Below, piece by piece: positions 12,309 to 25,900 of a stretch of 64,000 nucleotides of DNA. Source of the stretch: Atractiella rhizophila. Its lineage: Eukaryota. A model generated the notes under the pieces. It did not search any database and was not told where the DNA came from. It saw only the letters and a list, made by a program, of their open reading frames with translations. The stretch spans positions 1-64,000 of the forward strand of contig MU271231.1 in the NCBI GenBank assembly GCA_021432655.1, in the 5' to 3' direction. Each line of letters begins with the position of its first letter. Within the stretch, counting starts at the first letter, position 1. The translations under genes were made by a program, and so were the position numbers.

Positions 12309-12948
12309 TCCTTATATAAAAAGCACGAAGGGTCTGACCATGACTCACGCATGTACTTTGGAGCTCTTATATCACTGCCCACAACAACCCTATCAGAATT
12401 CTGAGCATACCAACAGAATGCGCGTGTTGGCGCCCTTCGAACTGTATACAGCAAAGCCCATTTGAAGGACAAAAAAAATTGTTTTCCTTACTGACTTATG
12501 TGACTTCTTGATCCACAACAACGTCGTCAAAATTCTCAGCATACCACCAGAATACACGTGACAGCACCTTTCGAACCATATACAACAAAGCTTATTTAAA
12601 AGATAAAAAGCAATTGTCCTCATAACTGAGTCAAGTGACTGGTTTTGTCACTTTGGCAAGATTTTCCTTATGTACTTAAAGTAAGTTGACAACGTAGAGA
12701 GTCTGCGCGATGGTGTGGTTGGTGTTATGTGGGATTGAAACCTAATTTTGCTTTTGACATTATTGACATTATGTCACCCTTGAAGCCATGAGTGCCTGCA
12801 TACAATTTAACAGATAATGTAGATTCCAACCAAGTGTTATGAGTACTCAATTACTGTTTATATCTCAGCCAGTATAGTCAACCAATTTTTAGTGCAAAAC
12901 AGTGGAAACTAGATGTGATCTCCCGAGGGACGAGGGGCCCCCAGCTTG
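12309..12948 (+). mobile_element. Non-autonomous Helitron, family B
   Basis: A|TCCTTATATAAA start; CCCGAGGGACGAGGG hairpin then CAGCTTG|T end; homologous to 56107-56326. Confidence 0.8.
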
Positions 12949-13238
12949 TCAGTACAAAACGCGTAATGAACAATATATTGACTATGATATTCTGCCCAAT
13001 TGATCCTTCGTAATATGGAGGTAATTGCTGTAGGGGAGAATACAACCTCGCCAAGCTTCAGCACGTTAGCGGCCAGGAGGACAGCCGACAAGCTGCTGAA
13101 ATGTCAATCCTTGTGGTTTGGTACGGAAACCCTCAGTTGAAGGCAGTGAGATACCTGTACTAATGGCATTCCCTCCTGTATGGGTCCATTGGAGCTTTCA
13201 AATTTCAAGGTCATACGCTAGGGTAACGATTCAGAAAG

Positions 13239-14811
13239 TTAAAAAGTATCGTCCCATGCGAGAACACCTGTAATGGAAAAGGGAACCTTCCGGTAAACCC
13301 ATTTCGAAAATAACCGCCCGTCCATTCGATGACTTCCGACTTTCTTGAAAAAATGGGTTTGGATTTGGCACAACGGAATGCTAGGATCGATGGTACTCGA
13401 GTCACAGCAAATAAATCTCTGAAGCTCCGAGTCCATGAGGAAGAAGGTGTCTCCATCGCTCATTTCCGTCGTCACGTTTGCATTCGAGGACGTCAAGAGA
13501 TTGAGGAGCTCCAAACCTTCCATCAAACCCCAACCATGCCCGAAAATTCGTAATCTCCTCAATCTCCTCAAGGCTTTCTTTTCTCTCTCCCCATACTGGC
13601 CCACCAATGCTTTCAGGACGACCTCCGCTTTCCATTGTTCATTATTCCCCACACGGAGTGCCATTGTTTCTAAGGTATCAGGCAGACCCTTAAGCGCACT
13701 CCTTCCGTCCAGAGCATTCCCACCAAGATCTACCAGAGCCTTAAGGCTCTTCATCTTCCCCAACAATGGACCTAAGAAGCTGGCGAAACAGTCGTCGTCC
13801 CAGGAGGCTTTCCAACACAAGGTTTCGAGGTGAGGGCAGAGAGGCTCGAGAGCCATTGGAAGATGCGAGGCGGAGTAACCGTCGGACGAGAGGTGAATGA
13901 GTGCCAAGGATCGGAGAGAGACCGTGACCCAGAGGAAGAGGGTGGAGAGATCGGACGGTCGAAGCTTGCACTCGTAGAGGGCGAGATGGGTAAGGGCAGC
14001 TAGACGCCTCACCGGAGGCTTTGAAGGGGAGGAACGAAGGTAGTGAACCGTCAGTATCTGTAGGTTCGGAGCGACTTTTGATATCCTTTCCAGATCCACC
14101 AAGCTAATCCGTCCAAGGTGAGTGTTTTCTTCTTCCCCATCGTCGGGATTCAATGTCAACTGTTTTAGGTTGTCCATCTTCCTGCCCTCGCCGTCGTCAA
14201 AGCTGAAGATTAGAGGAAGATGGAAATCCACGATATCAGCTGCGTGCCAGCTGATCCACAACCCCCTCAGGCTTGGAAAGGAAGCCAAAGTTTTTCCTAA
14301 ATCTATTGAAGCGACTTTTCCGCGAGTCGAAGTGCCTTCTTCAGTTTGTTCCTCGGAATCCTTTTCGAAAATCCAAGAAACATTTTTCACTCGCTGCCTC
14401 ATCTCCATTCCTCCGTTGATGACCCCTACTTGTGTTAACCATTCAATCGCTTTGAAACTGGGATATCCCTCCCGCGTAACCGTTGTACTAGTAGATATAC
14501 AAATAGTATGCAACCAGCATTGCAGTGCTGCCACCCGGAAGCGGCTGCAAACAAGTGAAAGTAGTCGGAATGAAGAGTACGAATAGGATCGCGGCCAGGA
14601 GGAGTACCAAATTGGAGACCTAGCCTGTACACTTTTGTTAGTAAGGTGTAAGTGATTCCACTATTGACAGCACCTCAACCTTGCCAGGGGATAGAGAGGA
14701 GGGAACTGAGGATCCTTGCGAATCATCGGGAAGCCTATGTTGAAGGTCAAGGAGGTGCAGCCCGATGATATGCATGAGGAGCTCGATGGGAAGAGACTCA
14801 ATGGAGGCCAT
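13239..14811 (-). CDS. F-box plus LRR (RNI-like) protein; N-terminus interrupted (intron or frameshift)
   Basis: MASIESLPIELLMHIIG F-box start at 14811; the 431-aa ORF has repeated LxxLxL motifs (PSLRGLWI, PNLQILTV, LTHLAL, SLRSLAL, PHLETL). Confidence 0.65.
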
Positions 14812-17421
14812 CTGTGTTTCCGGTCAGCGTGCCCCTCACGGCTGGAGGCGGCTCAACACAGGAAACTGAAGTGGAAGGCGGAAGAGGCACCACCACCCCT
14901 CAACTTTCTAAGTTGGACCACTCTGATTTCTCGCTTCTATTCTCAGAAATTATTAGAATCAGTTTCGAGGTGGTTGATGCGGCCATCAGTCAGCAAAGGG
15001 CATTTATCCAGCGCATCCGCATCAGAAATGACTTTTGATCCAAGGTGTTAGGAAACTGACCGTTTGATCCAGGTAGCCACAAGAAATGACTTTGATCCCC
15101 GTTCCCTAGAATGACTTGTTGATCCAACGCAAGTATATGACCATTGATCCAGGGCAGAGTAAACGATAACAGTCCTCTTTCAGATTCCTTATAAACTGTT
15201 GGAACGCTGAATCAACTCAGTCATCGCCATTCTGGTCCACCCGAGAGGGGAAACCTTCCTAAACCACAGGAAAAGACCGTGATCGCCGGCTGTCGTTTGT
15301 GAAGGACCATGTTTCCTTCAATATGTTCAGATGATCGCTATGGGGCCTATCCTACTTGATCGTAACCAGTTCTGTCGCGCGAGAGGAGAGTTCAGTCGCA
15401 GGGGAACCCGAATCGTGCAGGGTGGTGGCGGAGGAGTCAATGGATTCTATCGCGCGAGAGCAGACTTGGCTTGCTGGGGTTCTATCGCGCGAGAGTAGAG
15501 TTCTGTCGACGATATGTGTCTCGCGTCGCCTCTCAGTCCCCGCACATGCCTCGCCGGTTTCTCACGCTTCTTGAAAGACCATCAGCCAGTGAAGAACCCG
15601 AACTCAATTATTTATGCATTAGGCCATGTCATGAGGAAAGAGGTACTCACATGAAGGTAGAATACATGGAGGACACTCTGGGAACACAGTGCATCAGCAG
15701 TTTTTGAGCGGTGGCCATGGCCCTATCCATCTTAGGATAGCTCCGGTTCTTGTCACCTGGGCTCTATGGCAGCACCATAGAAGCCCTACTATCGCCCATC
15801 AGTTGCTCTTCACCCAAAAAATTAAAGTGTCCCAATCAGTTCATAAGGTTTCGGGCGGTCGGAAGGCGGCTCCCATCATGTGACCATGACCAACAATATG
15901 GTTGGGTTTCTCACCAAAACAACCACATCAGCCACATCCCTCCCCTTTCGTCCTCCCTCCGGATCCATGCTCGCATTCCTCCCGAAAATCGAAATCAGGT
16001 AAGTGACATATCGTCATGGGTAAACAGAAGGGGGAAGGATATGGGAAAAAAGCCGGGAGGGGTCACAGCTGACGCTACAATGTAGTCCCTATTTTGCCCG
16101 AGTTACATTGGATGGTGATTAAGACGGACTAATTGAAGGTCATCTGGTATTGTTGGCCACATTTCATTTCAATCTTGCACACAGGAAAAAAATAGTGTCA
16201 CGTTCTTTCTCATCGTCAACCTGAAAAGTTTACAAAAATCTCAGGCTGTCTCTACCTCGCTGCTCATTTACACATCCGTTTACACGAGCACATGACACAT
16301 GACACACACTTGAATTCAAACCCCCCCCCCCCCCCCCTGTGAGGAGAGACCGACCGCTTTAAGTTTCCCGATTTCCACTCATCCCTTCACCTCCTTCACC
16401 TTCTAGGTTTCAAAAATTCATCACGTCGAAGTCACCACCTTCGATAGAACAACCCGGAAAAACTCCGCATCTTCAAGTCGTTATAGTAGATGTATCTTGC
16501 TTTCCATGACTGTCAACCTATCATGGACCAAAGGGAGGTTGTGGAAGTCGTTGTCGACACAGCTATCAGTCGGAGTTTAAGCAGTAATTTCTCTTCATTA
16601 CTGTTCTCCCAAACATCAACTTGCTCTCCCAACTAGGTGGGAAGTCACCACCTCCTTCATCGAAATCGTGATTCTCTGACAGGTTTCAAAAGCGAATGCA
16701 AAACATTATTTCGAGCTTTAAGAATGCAAGGCTGACGTCTTATTTTGAGAAGGGGTTGATGGATTGAAGGGAAGACGCCCCATGCCGATTTTAGATTTCA
16801 CTTGCACCCCCTCCAATTTGTTGTCTGCAGGGCAGCCAACAGCAAATTCTCAACAAACTATCTGAATTTAAGTCCATTTAAGTCCAAATCCATTTGACAT
16901 ATATTCCGCACGCTTTGGACAAAAGGATCACACCTTACTGGACACCTCCAACAACTTGAAATCTAACTACCTTACCCCATTTGACAAGCCAGTGGTCAAG
17001 CAAAGTGGTAACGCCCGCCAATTTGCAGCCAAACTCATGATACTGTAAACGAAATGAAAGTGAATCATACTAGTAGAAAGGGCCATTGCCGCAGCGAGCA
17101 CCATTCTTATGGCCGTTGGTGAAAGTTCTTTGGTTACCAAAGTTTGAAAGAGCTGACGGGAGAGTAACAAAACTCGATTTCGTGAACAAAATTTACCCGA
17201 TTACAAAGAAAGTGGCGTTGCAACAACCGTTCTTTGCTTCCCGCAGCGTTGCTGTTGAAGTTCAGCCCGCCACCACCACTCACGGCTTACTAAGAACGAC
17301 GCGATGCCACATATTCGAGGGGATTCTATTTTCTTCTCGCTTCTTCTTGCTTACTGATTTCTTACGCGTTGGTGTACTTTCTAGAATTTGTTTGCCACAC
17401 CTTTCTCAGATATATAACCCG

Positions 17422-19400
17422 TGTTAAAGTCTGGGAGAAATAGGCAGTAATGATATCCTTGTTTCCTCTTAACTTAAACCTCGCATCATTATTCGTAGTC
17501 TTACAACAGTTGCACCAGATACGGTCAAGGGTACAGTTTGTTCCTTCGGCAAGACAACACCTCGAACTAGCAGGAATGAAATCATCCCTTCTTATTATAC
17601 CTTAACCTATGGAGGTATAGTTTACTGTTCAGCATTCATCCTGCCACCTCGCTTGAGTCGTAGCTGTTCTCGAACTATCTTTGTGTTGTCGTTATTGTTC
17701 ATCCTGATTGTTGATCTGCTCCTTGTTCAAGTGTTTTCACTTTGTTACGACTATTCTAGAATCCTCGTTTCATATGTATATAAAGTGTGTACATAGCACA
17801 GTAGTATCAATCCCATCCTACGATAACAACATGTTGTGAGTCAACGAGCTCATAACACAACTCAGTACCTGAGAACGCAAGAGACGAGTAAAGGCATCAA
17901 CAAACTAATCCTCCCCCATCGCCTAGCACAAGAGATAGTAGATCGAGGTATCGATGGGGAACGACAGTCAAAAGAATGCACAGTGGAAGGCGATTACAAT
18001 TCCAGCAGATCCACCTCCTCAGCACAACCCTCCAAATGGTGACTAACACGACACTAGGCTGGCTTCCAAGTTCAAAGACTATGGTGATGCTGTCAGGACT
18101 TTGCAAGTAGGAATGATGGAGATTAGTGTGCTGGGGCCCTGCAAGCAGTGAAAGATGTTCGGCCAGAGGTTAGTGATTGTTTGTGAATCATAGCAAGGAT
18201 GATATAACAGGCGAATGGTTTCAGCTGGAGAGGAAGGATTGGAAGTACATGACGAACAAACTGACTTCGCATACACTTCGACTCGAAGGAAGGTTAGAGG
18301 GTGTGGTGAAGAACAGCGGATTGGCCGCGAAATCAGGTTTCGAGGCATTGGTTGGATTAGGGGATTCAAGCTGCTGAATTCAGAACATGAGCAGGGCTGG
18401 AAAGGTAAAAGAACAGTGTAGGACTACTGTTATCCCTCGATAAGCGACGGGTGATGACGTGGCGATAATAGGCAAGCGATCGACATACGACGGTGTTAGG
18501 AGGACAAGGATAGGTTTGATGCTTGCTAAAGAGGTTGGAATGAAGACAAGGGAGGCGTTGTACTTTTTCTTGGTAAGTGGGAATATGGAGTCGAGGAAGG
18601 GGCTGAACTGGACGAACATAGAGCTTCCAGGCACCTTTGAAGGGCAAGAGGCTGAAGGAATGCAGGATGGGGAAAAGGAGAGGATTCAGTAGCCTTAGGG
18701 GCAATACGATTTTGGGGCATGGCAGAACATAAGGTATTGCCATGGCAGATGGCAATACGATTGGCGGAAGGGCAGAACGCTAAATTGCAGTTTCAGAGGA
18801 TTGTAGGCATATCTACCAGTCAGGCAATATCATTTATTTCAAAGAGGCATATAATAGGGATTCCCACGGCTCAAATGGTCGATTGAGACGGGCACTCTTG
18901 CTCGCGACATCTGATCCTGAATCTTCCGCTCTTCGAACCATCAGAAAGCTGCAGGAATGCTTACCACAGAAGATGACCCTCCTTCACTCCTTGAGAAGCG
19001 CTCTTCGTTGTGAGTGGATAATCTTGTTTTGGCATTCTCGCAACGGGTCGATTCGAAAAGAACAACACGAGACAAAACAATTACAATAAAAATAGAGCGC
19101 CTCAAAAGAATTCAAAGTTAAGCTCAAATTAAGCTCCCAAAACAGCATGGCAGCTAACTGATGTGGCCGCCTGCCTGGCAGAACAATAGCAGAACAAAAA
19201 AGTTGCTGTGGCAGAACGTTGGCAATACCTTTGGCAATACCTTAATGGCAGAACGGTAAGGTATTACCCCGCACGCTAGGATTCAGGATATAATCACGAA
19301 GTTGAGCAAGATAGGATAATGGTAACAGGATGAGCACTCCCTGAGAAGGAGAAAGGCATACAGCCTAGAAGGCATGGCAGTTAGCTTCGTGGAGGAACAA
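17422..19400 (+). mobile_element. Possible decayed Copia 5' LTR plus gag remnant
   Basis: TG...CA segment 17422-17831 followed by TGTTGTGAGTC (resembles a GGTTATGAGCC-type PBS) and broken gag-like peptides. No second LTR found. Confidence 0.3.
18690..19278. mobile_element. hAT-type MITE
   Basis: Imperfect TIRs TAGCCTTAGGGGCAATAC / GTATTACCCCGCACGCTA; perfect 8-bp TSD GGATTCAG (18682-18689 and 19279-19286); subterminal GGCAATAC/GGCAGAAC motifs. Confidence 0.88.
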
Positions 19401-20707
19401 TCGGCTTACGATAACATGAGTCGGGAACCCTGAAACCTCCTTTCTCCGCTTTCGTTAAGCACTCCCATTTGACCTCTGGGACAGCCCTCCTTCTTCGTTG
19501 GCACCTTTTCCCCTCCGGACTCTCGACTTCTCCCTGATCACTTACCTGCGTCCACCCTTCCCGACGTAGACGTGGGTCCATTGCCAAAATATTTTTTTTA
19601 AGTTCATGCCCCTACTGTATGGCACACACCCAATTTGCAGGCAGTCAGATATTTGCCGCAATCGGAGGGGCGGATGGTGTCGTGATTGGGTGATTGGGGG
19701 CTAGCAAAAGGCCTCGCCCCGACTGACACTGCCTGCGCACTCAGGTAGTCCGTGCCTGCGCTCTTCAGCTGCAGCTGAACAGTGGGGCAAACTGGTCACC
19801 CTGAGGGTTTTGCAATGCGGCACAAGGCCGCTCGATCGAAAAGGGTTTGCGGCTCAGTCCGGTGAAGATTTGCGTACAAAGCTGGTGCACCAGTTTTGGA
19901 GCAGTTTTTAACGCCGACATCGCAGGGGGCGACGGGTCTGCTACAAGCTGTGCTCCAGCACCTCCTTTCAGTGATTGTGGGAGACAAGACGATTGAAGGC
20001 ATAAATCTGTCAAAGGACGGTGGATTGGATACACATGAGCAGACAAGATTCAAAATTATGCCGAGTGAAGAGGAAGTCTTAACTCCAATACTCAATAATC
20101 GTTGATTGTTGGTTCGGAGCCTTACTTATTTCATCAGTGCCGTTCGTGGGCTGGAGCGGAACTAACCTTGGGTCTCAGTAGCAAACTTGCGGCCAGTCTG
20201 AACACGGAGTGCCATCTCCACAAAGTTAGGTTCAGTGGAAGTCTGGTGTGCCACCTCTGTTTCGAAATCTGGAGCCTAGAAGAAGAAAAGCATACGTTGT
20301 GCTGAATCCTATAGTTAGGGGTACCGATTGATCCATCGTCGTGAGATGACGAGCTCCATGCTCGTGCTTGGGTGATGACGGCAAGAAGTGTGAGACACTA
20401 CCGCAAAAAGCGAGTTCCTTTAGCTCGACTAGAGCGAGAACTAAGAGGCTCAATCAATAAATGAGAGCTTAAACGAAAAGGAGAGACAGGAACCAGCTTA
20501 TGCTAACCACACCGAAGTGTAGGGCCGCTTATCAAGCTATTTGGTCTCAGAATAAAGACAATGGATCTTACAGGGCTTCAACGGCCCCGGGAACTTGCCT
20601 CGATTCTTATTGCGCTTTCTGCTGTGAGTGCGAAGTAAGATGATGAGGAATAAGATGAATTTTCATTAACAAGTAAGGCCTCTTTTATAGGCCAATGAAT
20701 CGGATAA

Positions 20708-20992
20708 TGACGAGATACAGAACTGTGAGCACTGCAAATGCGAGCCACAAAAGTGATTAGAATACATTGCATTGGTACTTAAGAGAAATAACTTCACCCC
20801 CAAATGCGAGCCACAAAAGCGATGGGACTCGCACTGCAGGGATCTGGCATATTTGTGGAAAATATCACCGTAGCCCTTCGCCGTTCCTTGAGCCAATTAT
20901 TAAGCAATAGAAGAAGAAAAAGGGAAAGAGAAAAAGTCACAAGACCGAAATGACGTAGGAAGTGAGAAATGTGAATGCGCAAATGTCCATCA
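20708..20992 (-). repeat. Solo LTR (Copia family C)
   Basis: TG...CA ends with GATAA TSD (20703-20707 and 20993-20997); homologous to the LTR at 28587-28762. Confidence 0.82.
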
Positions 20993-22199
20993 GATAAAAG
21001 ATCAAACAACATCGCGAGAAAACCTGTAATACACGAATAGATAGAAATATGGAATGATCTGAAAGCGTGGAACGAAGAGGAAGCTGAAGGGAATCAACGA
21101 GTCTCGCCAGGGAATCGACGGATCTGGCCTTCCAGCTTCTGGATAAGGCTAAAATACCATGCAGTTATCTCTCCCTTTCTCCCGATCGATCGTACGCGCT
21201 TGGAGCCGACAGGAGGGTGTAGAGAGACGAGGAAGTTGTGAGGTACGCAGTGGTCAATGGGACTTCCATGTTAGGCAGGAGCCGCTTCCAGAATAGGAAG
21301 GTATTGCCGCATTTGACCATTGTGTCTCACAAGTCCATTGGAATTTGAGCGGCTGAGTTATTGACAGGAGTGACAGGATGATAATGGAAAGCTTGCCAAC
21401 ATCGAACGGATCTCGGCATCCTCCCCATCTGCCGCCACTTGAATTGAGGTCCTTCGAATCTGCTGTCATGCATGCTTTTCACTCCCATGTTGCTCCGATT
21501 CCTTTCAACCTTCCAAAAACGGCGAATTTTTGTCCGTTTCTACGTTCCAATTCAAGGAGGTCTCCCAGATCACGCTCTTTCATTCAATATCTAGCCAGGC
21601 TATTTTGCAGCTAGTCCACTCACTCTTCGATCCAAAACCTGCTCCTCAACCCTCCAGCTTCAGAGCTCTTTGACTGAAGATTGCCATTCGTGGATGTGAA
21701 TGAAGATTGAAGCAACGAAGTGACAAATGTATTAGCACTGCGAAGTGCGAGATAACAATGAGTATATGTTGCATTTAGTATGTAAGGAAACTACATTACC
21801 TGCGAAGTGCGAGATAACAATGAGTATAAGTCTCGCACTTGCAGGTTTACAAGCTTTTATAACAGAGAGATCCCTGTGGCAAAAGATTGGCCACAGTTCC
21901 AGAAAGTGCTCGAAAGAAACTAAACGCGCAAGTGGCGAAAGGAGGAGGCGCACGATTCTGTCACGAAGTGCACATCGAAAAAGCGAACGATTGATGCGAA
22001 GGCCGCTTCTTCTCACTGTCATTGTAGATCGGTTCGACCGTTCAGTCAAATGGGCAAAGCTATTTGCAGCTGCCGCGCAAGCTGAGGAACGTGTCGTACT
22101 CTGCTATTCACGGTACAGAGGACTTCATTTGCATTTTAGCGTGTGCAAATATGTAACGTGGATTAGAACCATTGACTTTGTTCCTCGCCTTCCATCTTG

Positions 22200-22665
22200 C
22201 CACCTTCCCGTCTGTCAATTCCGGGACTTGGCTTCACAATGATCACGCAAAGTCGTGTTTTTATTCACGCTGTCAAAATCGGAATGTTCTATTGTACCAG
22301 TCGTCATCCCTTTTGAGGTTAGTGGAAAACTCGCACCGGAGGACAAGGAAGGAAGTGGGGATCACGCGAGATATCGAGAAGCAATAGGATGTTTGATGTA
22401 CATCATGATTGCAACCCGTCCCGATATTGCTTTCGCTGTCACTCAAGTTGCACAGTTTAGCGAAAATCCTCTTCCGGACCATTGGCAAGCCGCAAAAAGA
22501 CTATTTCGTTACCTTCGGGGAACTAGCAATGCAAAACTCACATACCAGACGGGGGTGAAAGACCTTGTTGCTATTCCGATTCCGATTTCGCTGCCAGCCA
22601 CGATCGAAGGTCCATTTCAGGAAAGCTCTTCACACGCGCTGGAGGAGCGGTAATTTGGAACAGTA
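22200..22665 (+). pseudogene. Copia RT/RNase H fragment
   Basis: YREAIGCLMYIMIATRPDIAFAV..AAKRLFRYLRGT, YSDSDFA..RRSISG; cut by a Helitron 3' end. Confidence 0.85.
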
Positions 22666-22947
22666 CAAGTGTATCAGCGGCCTTCGTCCCTCAGGCCCCC
22701 CAACCCACTCGCAAGGGGCATGGCCCCTTGAACCCTACTGTAACTCATGTAAGGGTTCGAGTCCAGTATGGGATGCATTTTTTTACCCCCTCAGAATAAA
22801 ATTTCCTCGCAGCTTCAGAAAGGGGCAAGCATATGAGTTATGATGGTATAATTCATTTCATTCTACTGTGCATGGTGTGGGAGGTGTGAGGGCTCAAAAG
22901 TGCGTCTTATGACTCACGCCAAGAAACCCAACGCTCTTAGAAGAATA
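22666..22947 (-). mobile_element. Non-autonomous Helitron, family A (5' tip interrupted)
   Basis: Hairpin-CTTG|T end at 22666; homologous to 44522-44804. Confidence 0.82.
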
Positions 22948-25900
22948 CAAGTGTGTCAGTGCCCTCGTCCCTCGGGCATCCCCCCCCATGGGCTTCGCCC
23001 CTTGGACCCCAGCCTCCGGCGGCCACTGCGTGGAGCTCTTGCCTCTGGCAGCCACTACGTGGGGCCTCGCCTTCGGCGAGATCAGAGTTACACTTGTCCT
23101 GCAATTGTCAAGTGTGAAGAGTATTGTCAGTCTATTTGCATACGTTCTTGTAGATTCAAAACTTCTCTATATACTACATTCTCAGTTTTCTTATTATCAG
23201 TCCCTTCCACTTGATGTAAATAAACTCTAAGATTTCTTCACATTTGAAGCTCTTGACAGTCTGACATAAAGTTGTCCATGAGCAAACACAGGGGTGTCCA
23301 AGTATAGGCCGACAGTCTCAACTGACTGACCTTGTGACTTGTTGATAGTGAGGCAGAATGCTAACTTGATTGGGAATTGAAACTGGCGTAGGACAAAGGG
23401 AAATGAATTGGAGACTTTGCTATCCAAAGTGATGCGTGGAATGAGAACTGAGTTGCCTGCGAATGCACCTGTGACAATTGTTGCCTCGATGACGCGAGAG
23501 AGTAGCTGGGTAACGATCAAACGTGTACCATTACAGAGCCCAGCAGAAGGGTTGAGGTTTCGAATGAGGATGATAGGGGCTCCGACTTTGACATGCAAGC
23601 GATGAAGAGGAAGGCCTGTAACATTGAGAGTATTAAGGTACTCGACCGTAAAGCCTTGCTGAACATTCTCATTGTCATCCATCAAACGATCAGCACTGAG
23701 ATAAATTCGTTCCTGTCGGGAGATAAATCTTCGGATAAGCTGATCATTTATCAGGTCGACATCAACGTTTCGAGCAGTGAGGACCATGCGCTCTTGGAAG
23801 TACTGCCTCAGTTGATCACGATATAGGTCTTCAGTTATGGTGTTAAGCCCAGGATAGATGTCATTTAAGAGACCTTCCAGGCCACGTGAGTGTGGGATTA
23901 TTGTTCCATCCTTCATGGTCAATGGACCACAACCACAGTCATCTGGGTTGTCAGTTGCACCATTTCCAACTGGCAGCAACCAATTAGCAAAGTCAGAAGC
24001 GATAGCAAAGTCATCAGCTGCCATATCAGCCTGGTGACGGAGAAGACGCATGTTGACCGTGAGAGGAAGGATCGTAACTGCTGGCCAAAACGGACTGTTG
24101 ATGACACATGCATCAACAATCTGTGCACGTGAAGCCTTGGGAATGACAGAGAGGCATTGTCGCATGTCACCTAATCTATTTATCAGAGGTGAAGTCTTTG
24201 AATTATCCCACTTACCACCTAGAACAAAAATTACTCCGCCAAAAAGCGCATCTACTTTACGCATATCTCTCAGCATCCGATCGACTGCCTCAAAGCACCA
24301 ACGATGGCTCATACCCACTTCATCCCATATTATCAATTCTGCCTCACGGCAAAGTCGTCCATGATCACTCTGAGCCTTAACACCACAGATTGAATCTGCT
24401 TCAAGGTCCAATGGTATTCGAAAGCGTGTGTGGGCAGTTCGTCCCCCTTCCAACAGGATAGCAGCAATGCCTGAGAAGGCCACAGCGAGCGCAATCTTCC
24501 CAGTTGAATGAACTTTGGCAAGTAGTAAGTTTTCAACAAAAGTCTTTCCTGTCCCTCCTGGCCCATCAATGAAGAACAGACCTCCACTTCCCTCTTCCCA
24601 AGCCGCTATGATGGTGTCATAAGCATGACGTTGATCCTGATTAAGCAACAGCACCTCCCTGTTGAGACGCTCTTGAAGTTGCAGACAACCATATGCCAGC
24701 TCTTCACCAATTATTCTTGTCTCACCCCCCCACCTTTCTAACCTCTCTGTCGGTTGTGGTAGTCCAAAATCCGACAGAGACTTTGTGTGAGCCTGTAAGA
24801 GATCTTCAATCTCGAGGAGACAGAGACTGATGATTTGTTCTTCGTGCGGATTGGCTATACCGTACTTTTGTCTGCAGTAAACATTTGCAATCATCGCTAA
24901 GTCGTTGATGATGGTTGTCCCATAACCTTCTTGGTTCACTTGCGACACCGAAAAGAAGGATATAGACAAAAAGGGGACCGCATAGCATGACCATTCTTGA
25001 CTGAGCTGGCTTCCTCAAGGCAAAAGTCCCATTCTTCATCGCTTTCTAAAAGTCCCAGTGCCATACATGCGGCCTTAAATGTTTCATAAACCCTTCNNNN
25101 NNNNNNNNNNNNNNNNNNNNNNNNNNNNNNNNNNNNNNNNNNNNNNNNNNNNNNNNNNNNNNNNNNNNNNNNNNNNNNNNNNNNNNNNNNNNNNNNNNNN
25201 NNNNNNNNNNNNNNNNNNNNNNNNNNNNNNNNNNNNNNNNNNNNNNNNNNNNNNNNNNNNNNNNNNNNNNNNNNNNNNNNNNNNNNNNNNNNNNNNNNNN
25301 NNNNNNNNNNNNNNNNNNNNNNNNNNNNNNNNNNNNNNNNNNNNNNNNNNNNNNNNNNNNNNNNNNNNNNNNNNNNNNNNNNNNNNNNNNNNNNNNNNNN
25401 NNNNNNNNNNNNNNNNNNNNNNNNNNNNNNNNNNNNNNNNNNNNNNNNNNNNNNNNNNNNNNNNNNNNNNNNNNNNNNNNNNNNNNNNNNNNNNNNNNNN
25501 NNNNNNNNNNNNNNNNNNNNNNNNNNNNNNNNNNNNNNNNNNNNNNNNNNNNNNNNNNNNNNNNNNNNNNNNNNNNNNNNNNNNNNNNNNNNNNNNNNNN
25601 NNNNNNNNNNNNNNNNNNNNNNNNNNNNNNNNNNNNNNNNNNNNNNNNNNNNNNNNNNNNNNNNNNNNNNNNNNNNNNNNNNNNNNNNNNNNNNNNNNNN
25701 NNNNNNNNNNNNNNNNNNNNNNNNNNNNNNNNNNNNNNNNNNNNNNNNNNNNNNNNNNNNNNNNNNNNNNNNNNNNNNNNNNNNNNNNNNNNNNNNNNNN
25801 NNNNNNNNNNNNNNNNNNNNNNNNNNNNNNNNNNNNNNNNNGCTTCAGCATCCCTAATGGTATCTTGTGGATGAAGAATGATGAGAATATGAGCATGAGG

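Noticed and set aside
15027..15150. CRISPR-like repeat-spacer pattern
   Set aside because: Repeats are short and degenerate, spacing is irregular, there are no cas genes, and the DNA is eukaryotic.
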